This document shows positions 42,001 through 52,900 of a stretch of DNA of 64,000 nt, one piece after another. Positions within the stretch are counted from its first letter, which is position 1; each line of letters opens with the position of its first letter. The stretch covers positions 348,316,001 to 348,380,000 of the forward strand of contig OZ024742.1 in assembly GCA_964016885.1 (NCBI GenBank), in the 5' to 3' direction. Under the pieces are notes generated by a model. It was not told where the DNA came from and did not search any database. It saw only the letters and a list, made by a program, of their open reading frames with translations. The position numbers and the translations under genes were made by a program. Origin of the DNA: Eledone cirrhosa. Its lineage: Eukaryota.

Positions 42001-45000
42001 ACTAGTCCCTTCCTCTCTCTTAAGGTAAAGCTATAGTTCATAATTTCCTCTACTAGTCCCTTCCTCTCCCTTAAGGTAAAGCTATAGTTTATAAATTCCT
42101 CTACTAGTCCCTTCCTCTCCCTTAAGGTAAAGCTATAGTTTATAACTTCCTCTACTAGTCCCTTCCTCTCCCTTGAGGTAAAGCTACAGTTTATAACTTC
42201 CTCTACCAGTCCCTTCCTCTCCCTTGAGGTAAAGCTACAGTTTATAACTTTTTCTACTAATCCCTTCCTCTCCTTTGAGATACAGCTATAGTTTATAACT
42301 TCCTCTACTAGTCCCTCCCTCTCCCTTAAGGTAAAGCTATAGTTTATAACTTCCTCTACTAGTCCCTTCCTCTCCCTTGAGATAAAGCTATAGTTTATAA
42401 CTTCCTCTACTAGTCCCTTCCTCTCCCTTGAGGTAAAGCTACGGTTTATAACTTCCTCTACTAGTCCCTTCCTTTCCCTTGAATTAAAGCTATAGGTTAT
42501 AACTTCCTCTACTAGCCCCTTCCTCTCCCTTGAGGTAAAGCTATAGTTTATAACTTCGTCTTCTAGTCCCTTCCTCTCCCTTGAGGTAAAGCTATAGTTT
42601 ATAACTTCCTCTACCAGTCCCTTCCTCTCCCTTAAGGTAGAGCTATAGTTTATAACTTCCTCTACTACTCCCTTCATCTCCCTTGAGGTAAAGCTATAGT
42701 TTATAACTTCCTCTACTAGTCCCTTCCTCTCCCTTAAGGTAAAGCTACAGTTTATAACTTCCTCTACTAGTCCCTTCCTCTCCCTTAAGGTAAAGCTATT
42801 GTTTATAACTTCCTCTACTAGTCCCTTCCTCTCCCTTAAGGTAAAGCTATTGTTTATAACTTCCTCAACTAGTCCCTTCCTCTCCCTTAAGGTAAAGCTA
42901 CAGATTATAACTTCCTCTACTAGTCCCTTCCTCACCCTTAAGGTAAAGCTATTGTTTATAACTTCCTCAACTAGTCCCTTCCTCTCCCTTAAGGTAAAGC
43001 TACAGATTATAACTTCCTCTACTAGTCCCTTCCTCTCCCTTAAGGTAAAGCTACAGATTATAACTTCCTCTACTAGTCCCTTCCTCTCCCTTAAGGTAAA
43101 GCTATAGTTTATAACTTCCTCTACTAGTCCCTTCCTCTCCCTTGAGGTAAAGCTACAGTTAATAACTTCCTCTACTAGTCCCCTCCTCTCCCTTGAGATA
43201 AAGCTATAGTTTATAACTTCCTCTACTACTCCCTTCCTCTCCCTTGAGGTAAAGCTATAGTTTATAACTTCCTCTACTAGTCCCTTCCTCTCCCTTGAGG
43301 TAAAGCTATAGTTTATAACTTTCTCTACTAGTCCCTTCTTCTCCCTTAAGGTAAAGCTATAGTTTATAACTTCCTCTACTAGTCCCTTCCTTCCCCTTGA
43401 GATAAAGCTATAGTTTATAACTTCCTCTACTAGTCTCTTCCTCTCCCTTGAGGTAAAGCTATAGTTTATAACTTCCTCTACTAGTCCCTTCTTCTCCCTT
43501 AAGGTAAAGCTATAGTTTATAACTTCCTCTACTACTCCTTTCCTCTCCCTTGAGATAAAGCTATAGTTCATAACTTCCTCTACTACTCCCTTCCTCTCCC
43601 TTGAGGTAAAGCTATAGTTTATAACTTCCTCTACTAGTCCCTTCTTCTCCCTTGAGGTAAAGCTATAGTTTATAACTTCCTCTACTAGTCCCTTCCTCTC
43701 CCTTGAGGTAAAGCTATAGTTTATAACTTCCTCTACTAGTCCCTTCCTCTCCCTTAAGGTAAAGCTACAGATTATAACTTCCTCTACTAGTCCCTTCCTC
43801 TCCCTTAAGGTAAAGCTATAGTTTATAACTTCCTCTACTAGTCCCTTCCTCTCCCTTGAGGTAAAGCTACAGTTAATAACTTCCTCTACTAGTCCCCTCC
43901 TCTCCCTTGAGATAAAGCTATAGTTTATAACTTCCTCTACTACTCCCTTCCTCTCCCTTGAGGTAAAGCTATAGTTTATAACTTCCTCTACTAGTCCCTT
44001 CCTCTCCCTTGAGGTAAAGCTACAGTTAATAACTTCCTCTACTAGTCCCCTCCTCTCCCTTGAGATAAAGCTATAGTTTATAACTTCCTCTACTAGTCCC
44101 TTCTTCTCCCTTAAGGTAAAGCTATAGTTTATAACTTCCTCTACTAGTCCCTTCCTTCCCCTTGAGATAAAGCTATAGTTTATAACTTCCTCTACTAGTC
44201 TCTTCCTCTCCCTTGAGGTAAAGCTATAGTTTATAACTTCCTCTACTAGTCCCTTCTTCTCCCTTAAGGTAAAGCTATAGTTTATAACTTCCTCTACTAC
44301 TCCTTTCCTCTCCCTTGAGATAAAGCTATAGTTCATAACTTCCTCTACTACTCCCTTCCTCTCCCTTGAGGTAAAGCTATAGTTTATAACTTCCTCTACT
44401 AGTCCCTTCTTCTCCCTTGAGGTAAAGCTATAGTTTATAACTTCCTCTACTAGTCCCTTCCTCTCCCTTGAGGTAAAGCTATAGTTTATAACTTCCTCTA
44501 CTAGTCCCTTCCTCTCCCTTAAGATAAAGCTATAGTTTATAACTTCCTTTACTAGTCCCTTCCTCTCCCTTGAGGTAAAGCTATAGTTTATCACTTGCTC
44601 TACTAGTCCCTTCCTCTCCCTTAAGATAAAGCTATAGTTTATCACTTGCTCTACTAGTCCCTTCCTCTCCCTTCAGATAAAGCTATAGTTTATAACTTCC
44701 TCTACTAGTCCGTTCCTCTCCTTCAAGATAAAGCCATAGTTTATAACTTCCTCTACTAGTCCCTTCCTCTCCCTTAAGATAAAGCTATAGTTTATAACTT
44801 CCTTTACTAGTCCCTTCCTCTCCCTTGAGGTAAAGCTATAGTTTATCACTTGCTCTACTAGTCCCTTCCTCTCCCTTAAGATAAAGCTATAGTTTATCAC
44901 TTGCTCTACTAGTCCCTTCCTCTCCCTTCAGATAAAGCTATAGTTTATAACTTCCTCTACTAGTCCCTTCCTCTCCCTTAAGATAAAGCTATAGTTTATA

Positions 45001-45316
45001 ACTTCCTCTACTAGTCCGTTCCTCTCCTTCAAGATAAAGCCATAGTTTATAACTTCCTCTAATAGTCCCTTCCTCTCCCTTAAGATAAAGCTATAATTCA
45101 TAACTTCCTCTACTAGTCCCTTCCTCTCCCTTGAGATAAAGCTATAGTTTATAACTTGCTCTACTAGTCCCTTCCTCTCCCTTGAGATAAAGCTATAGTT
45201 TATAACTTCCTCTACTAGTCCATTCCTCCCCCTTCAGATAAAGCTATAGTTTATAACTTCCTCTACTAGTCCCTTCCTCCCCCTTGAGATAAAGCTATAG
45301 TTTATAACTTCCTCTC
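1..45316. repeat. 51-bp tandem satellite array, about 890 monomers, continuing past the left edge; consensus CTCTACTAGTCCCTTCCTCTCCCTTGAGGTAAAGCTATAGTTTATAACTTC
   Basis: Period counted directly (CCTTGAGATA at 1, CCTTAAGGC at 52); continuous to about 45316; the minus strand translates as a 17-aa repeat EVINYSFxxRERKGLVE. Confidence 0.99.
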
Positions 45317-45585
45317 TTACACCTTCCACTTCTGACTATTTCCTTCCTTTCCATTGAGGCAAAGCTACAGTTTCTATCCTCCTCTTACATCTAGTTCTTC
45401 TCTATTAAACCTTCTTCTCTCTATCTACTCTTCTGGTTAGTCTCCCCAACCCCTACCCTACTGGTCAACTTATCTTTGTTTCAATATCTTTTACACAGAA
45501 AAAGCTCACATTGTATCCTCTAGTGCCATTTCTAATATTTTCCTGATGTAAACCCTGTCTGGCTAATAAAGAGATCATTATTCCT

Positions 45586-45800
45586 CATCATTGTCGTTTT
45601 AATGTCCACTTTCCCTGCTAGCAAGGGTTGCACGGGTTTATATACATAAAGTCTGTACTGAAGTGGAGCAACTGATCTTCCAATGCGTTTATATATGGTC
45701 GCACATTCCATTGAGTGTGCAGCAGAGGTTGTCATGCCTTTGACACAACCGAGGGTCCTCCTAACCCTTTGTTTGGAAAGCTTTCTGTGGCTAGATGCCC
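45586..45800 (-). mobile_element. Degenerate copy of the (GAT)n-tailed SINE-like element
   Basis: CATCAT...TTTTAATGTCCACTTTCCCTGCTAGCAAGGGTTG end and TTTCTGTGGCTAGATGCCC motif resemble the copies at 49575 and 56590. Confidence 0.55.
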
Positions 45801-45915
45801 CTTTTTTTATTGTTTTTACTTGATTTTTTTGTCAGCCCTCACTGTCCCTGTCTTTTTGTATTGTCCGCTATATGTCGGCCCTAGTGGCCAATAAATGAAA
45901 TCCTTATTATTATTA

Positions 45916-46012
45916 AAGATCCTGGAAGACATAGAAGTAACAACAAATATACATTGTTTCAAATATCTGCCTTACTGGGTGAACCAAGAATCAGTAGAAA
46001 GGTCCTTGTGTA
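45916..46012 (+). mobile_element. R4/Dong-clade LINE, extreme C-terminal ORF fragment
   Basis: Translates with one frameshift as KILEDIEVTTNI / FQISALLGEPRISRKVLV*, resembling the LQKSALLGTARILRKVL end of RLE-type LINEs; flanked by (TTA)n. Confidence 0.6.
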
Positions 46013-46089
46013 AAACTATAATAGTAATTATTATTATTGTTTCATACAAATGAATTGGAATTTTTGTTCTTAATTTCAAATCACAACTT

Positions 46090-46320
46090 GGAACTTTCTG
46101 TTGATTCTTGTAATGCTACATTTGTTGTTTCTCCTATGTCTTCTAGGGATCTCTCTGTTTTGTTGGTAATAGTTCCTAACACACCAATTACAATGGGGGT
46201 TACTTCTGAAGAGACATACCACAATCTACTTATCTCCCCTGGAATATCCTGGTACTTTTTAATCTTTTCCTGCTCTTTGTTGATCACGTTTATGTAAGCA
46301 GGAATGGCTATGTCAGCAGT
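46090..46320 (-). mobile_element. R4/Dong-clade LINE, restriction-like endonuclease (RLE) domain fragment
   Basis: Translates as DIAIPAYINVINKEQEKIKKYQDIPGEISRLWYVSSEVTPIVIGVLGTI, matching the RLE KE.EK..KY.DL...I.RLW...PIVIG.LG pattern. Confidence 0.8.
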
Positions 46321-46330
46321 TATACATATT

Positions 46331-46518
46331 GGCGATGGATTGGCAATATCGGTAGAGGGTCGGACGCCATGCTTTGCAGCAAGGAGTTACGGCCCTTTAT
46401 GATCTGAGTTCAAATCCTGCCAAGGTTAACTTTCATCCTTACGGGGTCGATAAAATAAAGTACCAGTAATACACTGTGATAATTGTTGGCCTTGTGCCAA
46501 AAAGTTGAAACAATTATT
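46331..46518 (+). mobile_element. tRNA-derived SINE, copy 1 of a head-to-tail trio
   Basis: A-box-like TGGCAATATCGG, B-box GAGTTCAAATCC, body TTTCATCCTTACGGGGTCGATAAAATAAAGTACCAG, ATT tail. Confidence 0.85.
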
Positions 46519-46529
46519 CTGTTAGTCAA

Positions 46530-46728
46530 GGGTGGTGGATTGGCAGTATCAGTAAAGAGTCAGACATCATGCTTTGCAGCATAGAGTTATGGCTCTTTAC
46601 GTTCTGAGTTCAAATCCTGCCATGGTTAGCTTTGCCTTTCATCCTTACAGGGTCGATAAAATAAAGCACCAGTAATGTACTGGGGTAATTGCTGGCCTTG
46701 TGCCAAAAGTAGACAATTATTATTATTA
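46530..46728 (+). mobile_element. tRNA-derived SINE, copy 2 of trio
   Basis: Same A/B boxes and body; (ATT)n tail. Confidence 0.85.
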
Positions 46729-46735
46729 TTTTTGT

Positions 46736-46936
46736 GGGCAATGGCTTAGCAGTAATCGGTAGAGTGCCAGGCACCATGCTTTGCGGCATAGAGTTACGAC
46801 CTTTTATGTTCTGAGTTCAGATCCTGCCGAGTTTAATTTTGCCTTTCATCATTACAGGGTTGATAAAATAAAGCACCAGTAATACACTGGGTTAATTACT
46901 GGCCTTGTGCCAAAAGTAGAAACAATTATTATTATT
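46736..46936 (+). mobile_element. tRNA-derived SINE, copy 3 of trio
   Basis: Same body (GAGTTCAGATCC, TTTGCCTTTCATCATTACAGGGTTGATAAAATAAAGCACCAG); (ATT)n tail. Confidence 0.85.
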
Positions 46937-47054
46937 CATCTTGATAGTTCAGTGTTTCTATAGGTCCTTGTAGTCAAGAAATTATTATAAATGTTCAGAA
47001 TCTGTTTTGTCAAGAAATGTAAATATTTCAACAATCTTTCTCTCCTCTTGCCAG

Positions 47055-47093
47055 TATCTCCACCAAAACAACATCATTCACAGGGACTTAAAG
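47055..47093 (+). CDS. Exon A (39 nt) of a CaMK-group, CaMKIV-like Ser/Thr kinase: [13 protein letters not shown]
   Basis: Acceptor TCTTTCTCTCCTCTTGCCAG, donor GTTTGT, HRDLK catalytic loop, phase 0/0. Confidence 0.92.
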
Positions 47094-47146
47094 GTTTGTT
47101 TACTACTTTCTTTTTATTCTACTTTCTTTACTGAGTGATAAACTCA

Positions 47147-47147
47147 C

Positions 47148-47192
<45 letters not shown>

Positions 47193-47292
47193 TATCATCA
47201 TCATCACCATTATCATCATCATCATCATCATTATCACCACCACCACCACCATCATCATCTTTACCATCATCATCATCATCATCATCATCAAT
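47147..47292. repeat. (CAT)n microsatellite
   Basis: Seen directly. Confidence 0.95.
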
Positions 47293-47426
47293 GAAAAATC
47301 AAGCATTCTTTCTGCATATGCTGCAGTGAAAGAAAAAGGAAAAGCCAGACTGAAGCAACACATCAAAGTTGTTTAGATCAAGTGATGTCTGCGCCTGAAG
47401 CTTTTTTAAGTGAAGAAAGTCCTTAC

Positions 47427-47628
47427 ACTGGACCAATCCCACTCTCTGAACAAAGGTGACAGGTACCCAGAAAGAAGAACAGGTCAACATCATTGGCTGC
47501 CGCTGAGTTGCAGGTTTTACATCAGAGTTTTCATTCACCTAGAATGATGTCCTAACAAGAGCTAGGGGTCTCTCACTTTTGGTGGGCTAATCGTGTACTC
47601 TGGCACCAAACTGAGTATTTCGATGTCC
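47427..47628. mobile_element. Dispersed repeat, possibly an RTE-LINE 5'-UTR derivative, copy 1
   Basis: Shares CCAATCCCAC..GGTCAACATCATTGG..GCAGGTTTTAC(A/G)TCAGAGTTTTC..CCTAGAA..GCTAGGGGTC with copies at 48125 and 61957; family call from recollection only. Confidence 0.6.
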
Positions 47629-47651
47629 TCACACTTACATATATACAAATA

Positions 47652-47768
47652 ATCATCATCATCATCTCTGTTTAACGTCCATGTTTCCATGCTGGCATGG
47701 GTTAGACAAGTTATCCTGTTGTGAGCAATGCCAGGTCAGGTGACCATGTCTTGCTCATACAGCACTGA
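47652..47768 (-). mobile_element. 3' end of the (GAT)n-tailed SINE-like element
   Basis: (CAT)n then TTTAACGTCCATGTTTCCATGCTGGCATGGGTTAGAC...GGTGACCATGTCTTGCTCATAC; matches the 61144-61275 copy. Confidence 0.75.
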
Positions 47769-48124
47769 ATATGCATACATATTTACACACACACATCGAC
47801 CCATCAATCCATACTTACATACATGCATACTTACACACACACACACACACACATACACACACATACAAACACACACAATTTGAAATATATTATATGTTAT
47901 GTTTACAGCGTGGGGTAACGATGGTATATGTTGTTGATATTTATACTGACACTTACACATACATATATATATACATGCATATACGATGGCTGCCCCCTCG
48001 TTATCGAGTATGGCCATTGAGAAGAAGAAAAATAATAATAATAATGACACTATTAATAATTATTAATTAATTCTGTCGTGCAATGCCTGTGTGTGAAATT
48101 ATTTTTAAAGTAAGGAAAGACTGT

Positions 48125-48346
48125 GCACTGAGCCAATCCCACCCCCTGAGCGACAGTAGCTATAACCCGAAAAGAAGAAAAGATCAACATCATCGGTAAC
48201 TACTGAGCCGCAGGTTTTATGTCGGAGTTATCCCAGTTTCCTGAGATGCCTTGTCTTAGAAGAATGCCCTGACAAGGGCTAGGGGTCCTTCACTCCCAGT
48301 GGTTTAACCGCGTGATTGGGTATCCAGCCTGATTATTTCTATGTCC
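48125..48346. mobile_element. Dispersed repeat, possibly an RTE 5'-UTR derivative, copy 2
   Basis: Aligns by eye with 47427-47628. Confidence 0.6.
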
Positions 48347-48499
48347 CCGTGCATGAACAAAAAAAAGACTCACTTAGTGACACTCATACATGACACACAC
48401 ACGCACACACACAAACACTCGTGCATACAAACAAATACACACACGCCACTCACACACATATATATATGTATATCACTGTCATTATTAATACTATAGATG

Positions 48500-48714
48500 A
48501 GGGTGGTGGATTGGTAGTATCGCTAGAGGGTTGGACGCCATGCTTTATAGCATAGAGTTATGGCCCTTTATGATCTGAGTTCAAATCCCGCCGAGGTTAA
48601 CTTTGCATTTCATCCTTACAGGGTCAATAAAATAAAGTACCAGTCACGCACTGGGGTCAATTTAATCGACTTCCCCCTCCCCAAATTTGCTGACATTGTG
48701 CCTATATAAGAAAC
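48500..48714 (+). mobile_element. Longer-form tRNA-derived SINE with a 20-bp target-site duplication
   Basis: A/B boxes and the same body as the trio; TSD CATTATTAATACTATAGATG at 48480-48499 and 48715-48734. Confidence 0.9.
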
Positions 48715-48767
48715 CATTATTAATACTATAGATGTGGCAATTGTTGAAAGTCAACATGCATATATAC

Positions 48768-49212
48768 ATAGAAATCTGTAGATACTCCACCCTGATTACA
48801 CCTTCAGATTTATGCCAGTGACTATTGGGGCACTGGGGTATGTTAGTAACTGCCTCAATACAAATCTTGAGAATCTAGGCTTCACAGGAACAGAAAGAAC
48901 ACAACTAGTTAGAAATTACAAGTACATTCCATTAATGGAACAGTAAAAATATGTAAAACATTCCCAAAGTTTTGCATCTAATAACTGCATATACACATGT
49001 ACAGATACAAAGCATATACACATGCACACATACAACTCAAAACATGCACATCCACACACACATACAATACAATCCATACCTACACATGCATGCATACATA
49101 CATATCTACCTAGTTGATGTTGTGTAAATTCCAATGAGAGAGTCTTGTGTCTATGTTAGCGACTCTCTCTCTCTATTGGGAAAGAATTTGTGAAATTATA
49201 AAACCAGAAGAA
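48768..49212 (+). mobile_element. R4/Dong-like LINE 3' end (ORF C-terminus + 3' UTR), followed by (CATA/CA)n to 49417
   Basis: Translates as RNL*ILHPDYTFRFMPVTIGALGYVSNCLNTNLENLGFTGTERTQLVR..SINGTVKICKTF; 48868-49212 is closely similar to 63428-63768. Confidence 0.8.
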
Positions 49213-49451
49213 CATACATATGCACATACATTCACACACACATACATGAATACATACATACACACACACATACATAAATACATACATGAATACATACATA
49301 CACACACACATACATAAATACATACATACTTACACACATACACACAGACAGATATACATATACACATACATACATACACATACATACACATACATACATA
49401 TACATACATACACACACGCTATTGATAATTTATTATATCTCATGTTTTCAG

Positions 49452-49503
49452 CCTGAAAACTTACTTTACTGCACAAAGGATGAGAATTCTGTTCTTAAAA
49501 TTG
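49452..49503 (+). CDS. Exon B (52 nt) of the CaMKIV-like kinase: [17 protein letters not shown] + G
   Basis: Acceptor TCTCATGTTTTCAG, donor GTGAGT; continues exon A in frame ([10 protein letters not shown]). Confidence 0.93.
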
Positions 49504-49574
49504 GTGAGTTGTTTCACTGTGGTGTTTCATCAATATTCTAAATACTTCAACACCTGCTAACACTTCAGGTGGGT

Positions 49575-49870
49575 CATCATCATCATCATCATCATCATCG
49601 TTTAACGTCTATCTTCTACGCTAGCATGGGTTAGATGGGAATTGTCCCACTTGAGGCAAGATTGGTTGGGTGACCGTGTCTCACTCATATAGGACTATCT
49701 GGCAGGTTTTCTACGGCTGGATGCCCTTCCTAACACCAACCACATTTATAGTGTGGATTGGGAACTTTTTATCATGTTACCTACACGGCCACATTACAGC
49801 GTGGACTGTGTGTTTTTTTGTTGTGACACCTACACAACCTCATTAGTTTGGACTGGGTGTTGTGGTACCA
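49575..49870 (-). mobile_element. (GAT)n-tailed SINE-like element carrying a single copy of the 61-bp unit
   Basis: (CAT)n + TTTAACGTC..GCTAGCATGGGTTAGA..GGTTTTCTACGGCTGGATGCCCTTCCTAACACCAACCAC. Confidence 0.8.
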
Positions 49871-49910
49871 ACTTTACAGAGAAAAGGTGGTGTTGATGGG
49901 AGTGGAAGGA

Positions 49911-52900
49911 TGGATCATTAACCCACTCCCTGCTACCACTTCAGGTGGGTCATTATCCCACTCCCTGCTACCACTTCAGGTGTGTCATTATCCCACTCCC
50001 TGCTACCACTTCAGGTGGATCATTATCCCACTCCCTGCTACCACTTCAGGTGTGTCATTATCCCACTCCCTGCTACCACTTCAGGTGGATCATTATCCCA
50101 CTCCCTGCTACCACTTCAGGTGTGTCATTAACCCACTCCCTGCTACCACTTCAGGGGGGTCATTAACCCACTCCCAGCTACCACTTCAGGTGTGTCATTA
50201 ACCCACTCCCTGCTACCACTTCAGGTGTGTCATTAACCCACTCCCTGCTACCACTTCAGGGGGGTCATTAACCCACTCCCTGCTACCACTTCAGGTGTGT
50301 CATTAACCCACTCCCTGCTACCACTTCAGGTGTGTCATTAACCCACTCCCTGCTACCACTTCAGGTGTGTCATTAACCCACTCCCTGCTACCACTTCAGG
50401 TGTGTCATTAACCCACTCCCTGCTACCACTTCAGGTGGGTCATTAACCCAATACCTGCTACCACTTCAGGTGGGTCATTAACCCACTCCCTGCTACCACT
50501 TCAGGTGTGTCATTAACCCACTCCCTGCTACCACTTCAGGTGTGTCATTAACCCACTCCCTGCTACCACTTCAGGTGTGTCATTAACCCACTCCCTGCTA
50601 CCACTTCAGGTGTGTCATTAACCCACTCCCTGCTACCACTTCAGGTGGGTCATTAACCCAATACCTGCTACCACTTCAGGTGGGTCATTAACCCACTCCC
50701 TGCTACCACTTCAGGTGTGTCATTAACCCACTCCCTGCTACCACTTCAGGTGTGTCATTAACCCACTCCCTGCTACCACTTCAGGTGTGTCATTAACCCA
50801 CTCCCTGCTACCACTTCAGGTGTGTCATTAACCCACTCCCTGCTACCACTTCAGGGGGGTCATTAACCCACTCCCTGCTACCACTTCAGGTGTGTCATTA
50901 ACCCACTCCCTGCTACCACTTCAGGTGTGTCATTAACCCACTCCCTGCTACCACTTCAGGTGTGTCATTAACCCACTCCCTGCTACCACTTCAGGGGGGT
51001 CATTAACCCACTCCCTGCTACCACTTCAGGGGGGTCATTAACCCACTCCCTGCTACCACTTCAGGTGGGTCATTAACCCACTCCCTGCTACCACTTCAGG
51101 TGGGTCATTAACCCAATACCTGCTACCACTTCAGGTGGGTCATTAACCCACTCCCTGCTACCACTTCAGGTGTGCCATTAACCCACTCCCTGCTACCACT
51201 TCAGGTGTGTCATTAACCCACTCCCTGCTACCACTTCAGGTGTGTCATTAACCCACTCCCTGCTACCACTTCAGGTGTGTCATTAACCCACTCCCTGCTA
51301 CCACTTCAGGGGGGTCATTAACCCACTCCCTGCTACCACTTCAGGTGTGTCATTAACCCACTCCCTGCTACCACTTCAGGTGTGTCATTAACCCACTCCC
51401 TGCTACCACTTCAGGTGTGTCATTAACCCACTCCCTGCTACCACTTCAGGGGGGTCATTAACCCACTCCCTGCTACCACTTCAGGGGGGTCATTAACCCA
51501 CTCCCTGCTACCACTTCAGGTGGGTCATTAACCCACTCCCTGCTACCACTTCAGGTGGGTCATTAACCCAATACCTGCTACCACTTCAGGTGGGTCATTA
51601 ACCCACTCCCTGCTACCACATCAGGTGTGTCATTAACCCACTCCCTGCTACCACTTCAGGTGTGTCATTAACCCACTCCCTGCTACCACTTCAGGTGTGT
51701 CATTAACCCACTCCCTGCTACCACTTCAGGTGTGTCATTAACCCACTCCCTGCTACCACTTCAGGGGGGTCATTAACCCACTCCCAGCTACCACTTCAGG
51801 TGTGTCATTAACCCACTCCCTGCTACCACTTCAGGTGTGTCATTAACCCACTCCCTGCTACCACTTCAGGGGGGTCATTAACCCACTCCCTGCTACCACT
51901 TCAGGTGTGTCATTAACCCACTCCCTGCTACCACTTCAGGGGGGTCATTAACCCACTCCCTGCTACCACTTCAGGTGTGTCATTATCCCACTCCCTGCTA
52001 CCACTTCAGGTGGGTCATTAACCCACTCCCTGCTACCACTTCAGGGGGGTCATTAACCCACTCCCTGCTACCACTTCAGGTGTGTCATTATCCCACTCCC
52101 TGCTACCACTTCAGGGGGGTCATTAACCCACTCCCTGCTACCACTTCAGGGGGGTCATTAACCCACTCCCTGCTACCACTTCAGGTGTGTCATTATCCCA
52201 CTCCCTGCTACCACTTCAGGGGGGTCATTAACCCACTCCCTGCTACCACTTCAGGTGGGTCATTAACCCAATACCTGCTACCACTTCAGGTGGGTCATTA
52301 ACCCAATACCTGCTACCACTTCAGGTGGGTCATTAACCCACTCCCTGCTACCACTTCAGGTGTGTCATTAACCCACTCCCTGCTACCACTTCAGGTGTGT
52401 CATTAACCCACTCCCTGCTACCACTTCAGGTGTGTCATTAACCCACTCCCTGCTACCACTTCAGGTGTGTCATTAACCCACTCCCTGCTACCACTTCAGG
52501 TGTGTCATTAACCCACTCCCTGCTACCACTTCAGGGGGGTCATTAACCCACTCCCTGCTACCACTTCAGGTGTGTCATTAACCCACTCCCTGCTACCACT
52601 TCAGGTGTGTCATTAACCCACTCCCTGCTACCACTTCAGGGGGGTCATTAACCCACTCCCTGCTACCACTTCAGGTGTGTCATTAACCCACTCCCTGCTA
52701 CCACTTCAGGGGGGTCATTAACCCACTCCCTGCTACCACTTCAGGTGTGTCATTAACCCACTCCCTGCTACCACTTCAGGTGTGTCATTATCCCACTCCC
52801 TGCTACCACTTCAGGTGGGTCATTAACCCACTCCCTGCTACCACTTCAGGGGGGTCATTAACCCACTCCCTGCTACCACTTCAGGTGTGTCATTATCCCA

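Noticed and set aside
42799-43107. Plus-strand 102-aa ORF in the satellite
   Set aside because: A local run of monomers in which the TAG codon is mutated; repeat translation only.
3457-44900. Giant minus-strand ORFs (up to 1876 aa) as real CDS
   Set aside because: They follow from a 51-bp (3n) unit with one stop-free frame. Stops and a 1-bp deletion were amplified with the HORs, there are no unique N- or C-terminal domains, and start codons are just monomer variants.
45480-45560. Candidate upstream kinase exon after TTTTACACAG
   Set aside because: No frame resembles kinase subdomains V-VIa, and stops follow quickly.
46331-46936. tRNA genes
   Set aside because: A/B boxes are present, but I see no cloverleaf and each is followed by a SINE body and tail.
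47103-49417. Poly-M/S/H and CVCVY/HTHT ORFs (also at 55495, 61007-62422, 63478-63957)
   Set aside because: Translations of (CAT)n, (CA)n, (TA)n and (CATA)n microsatellites.
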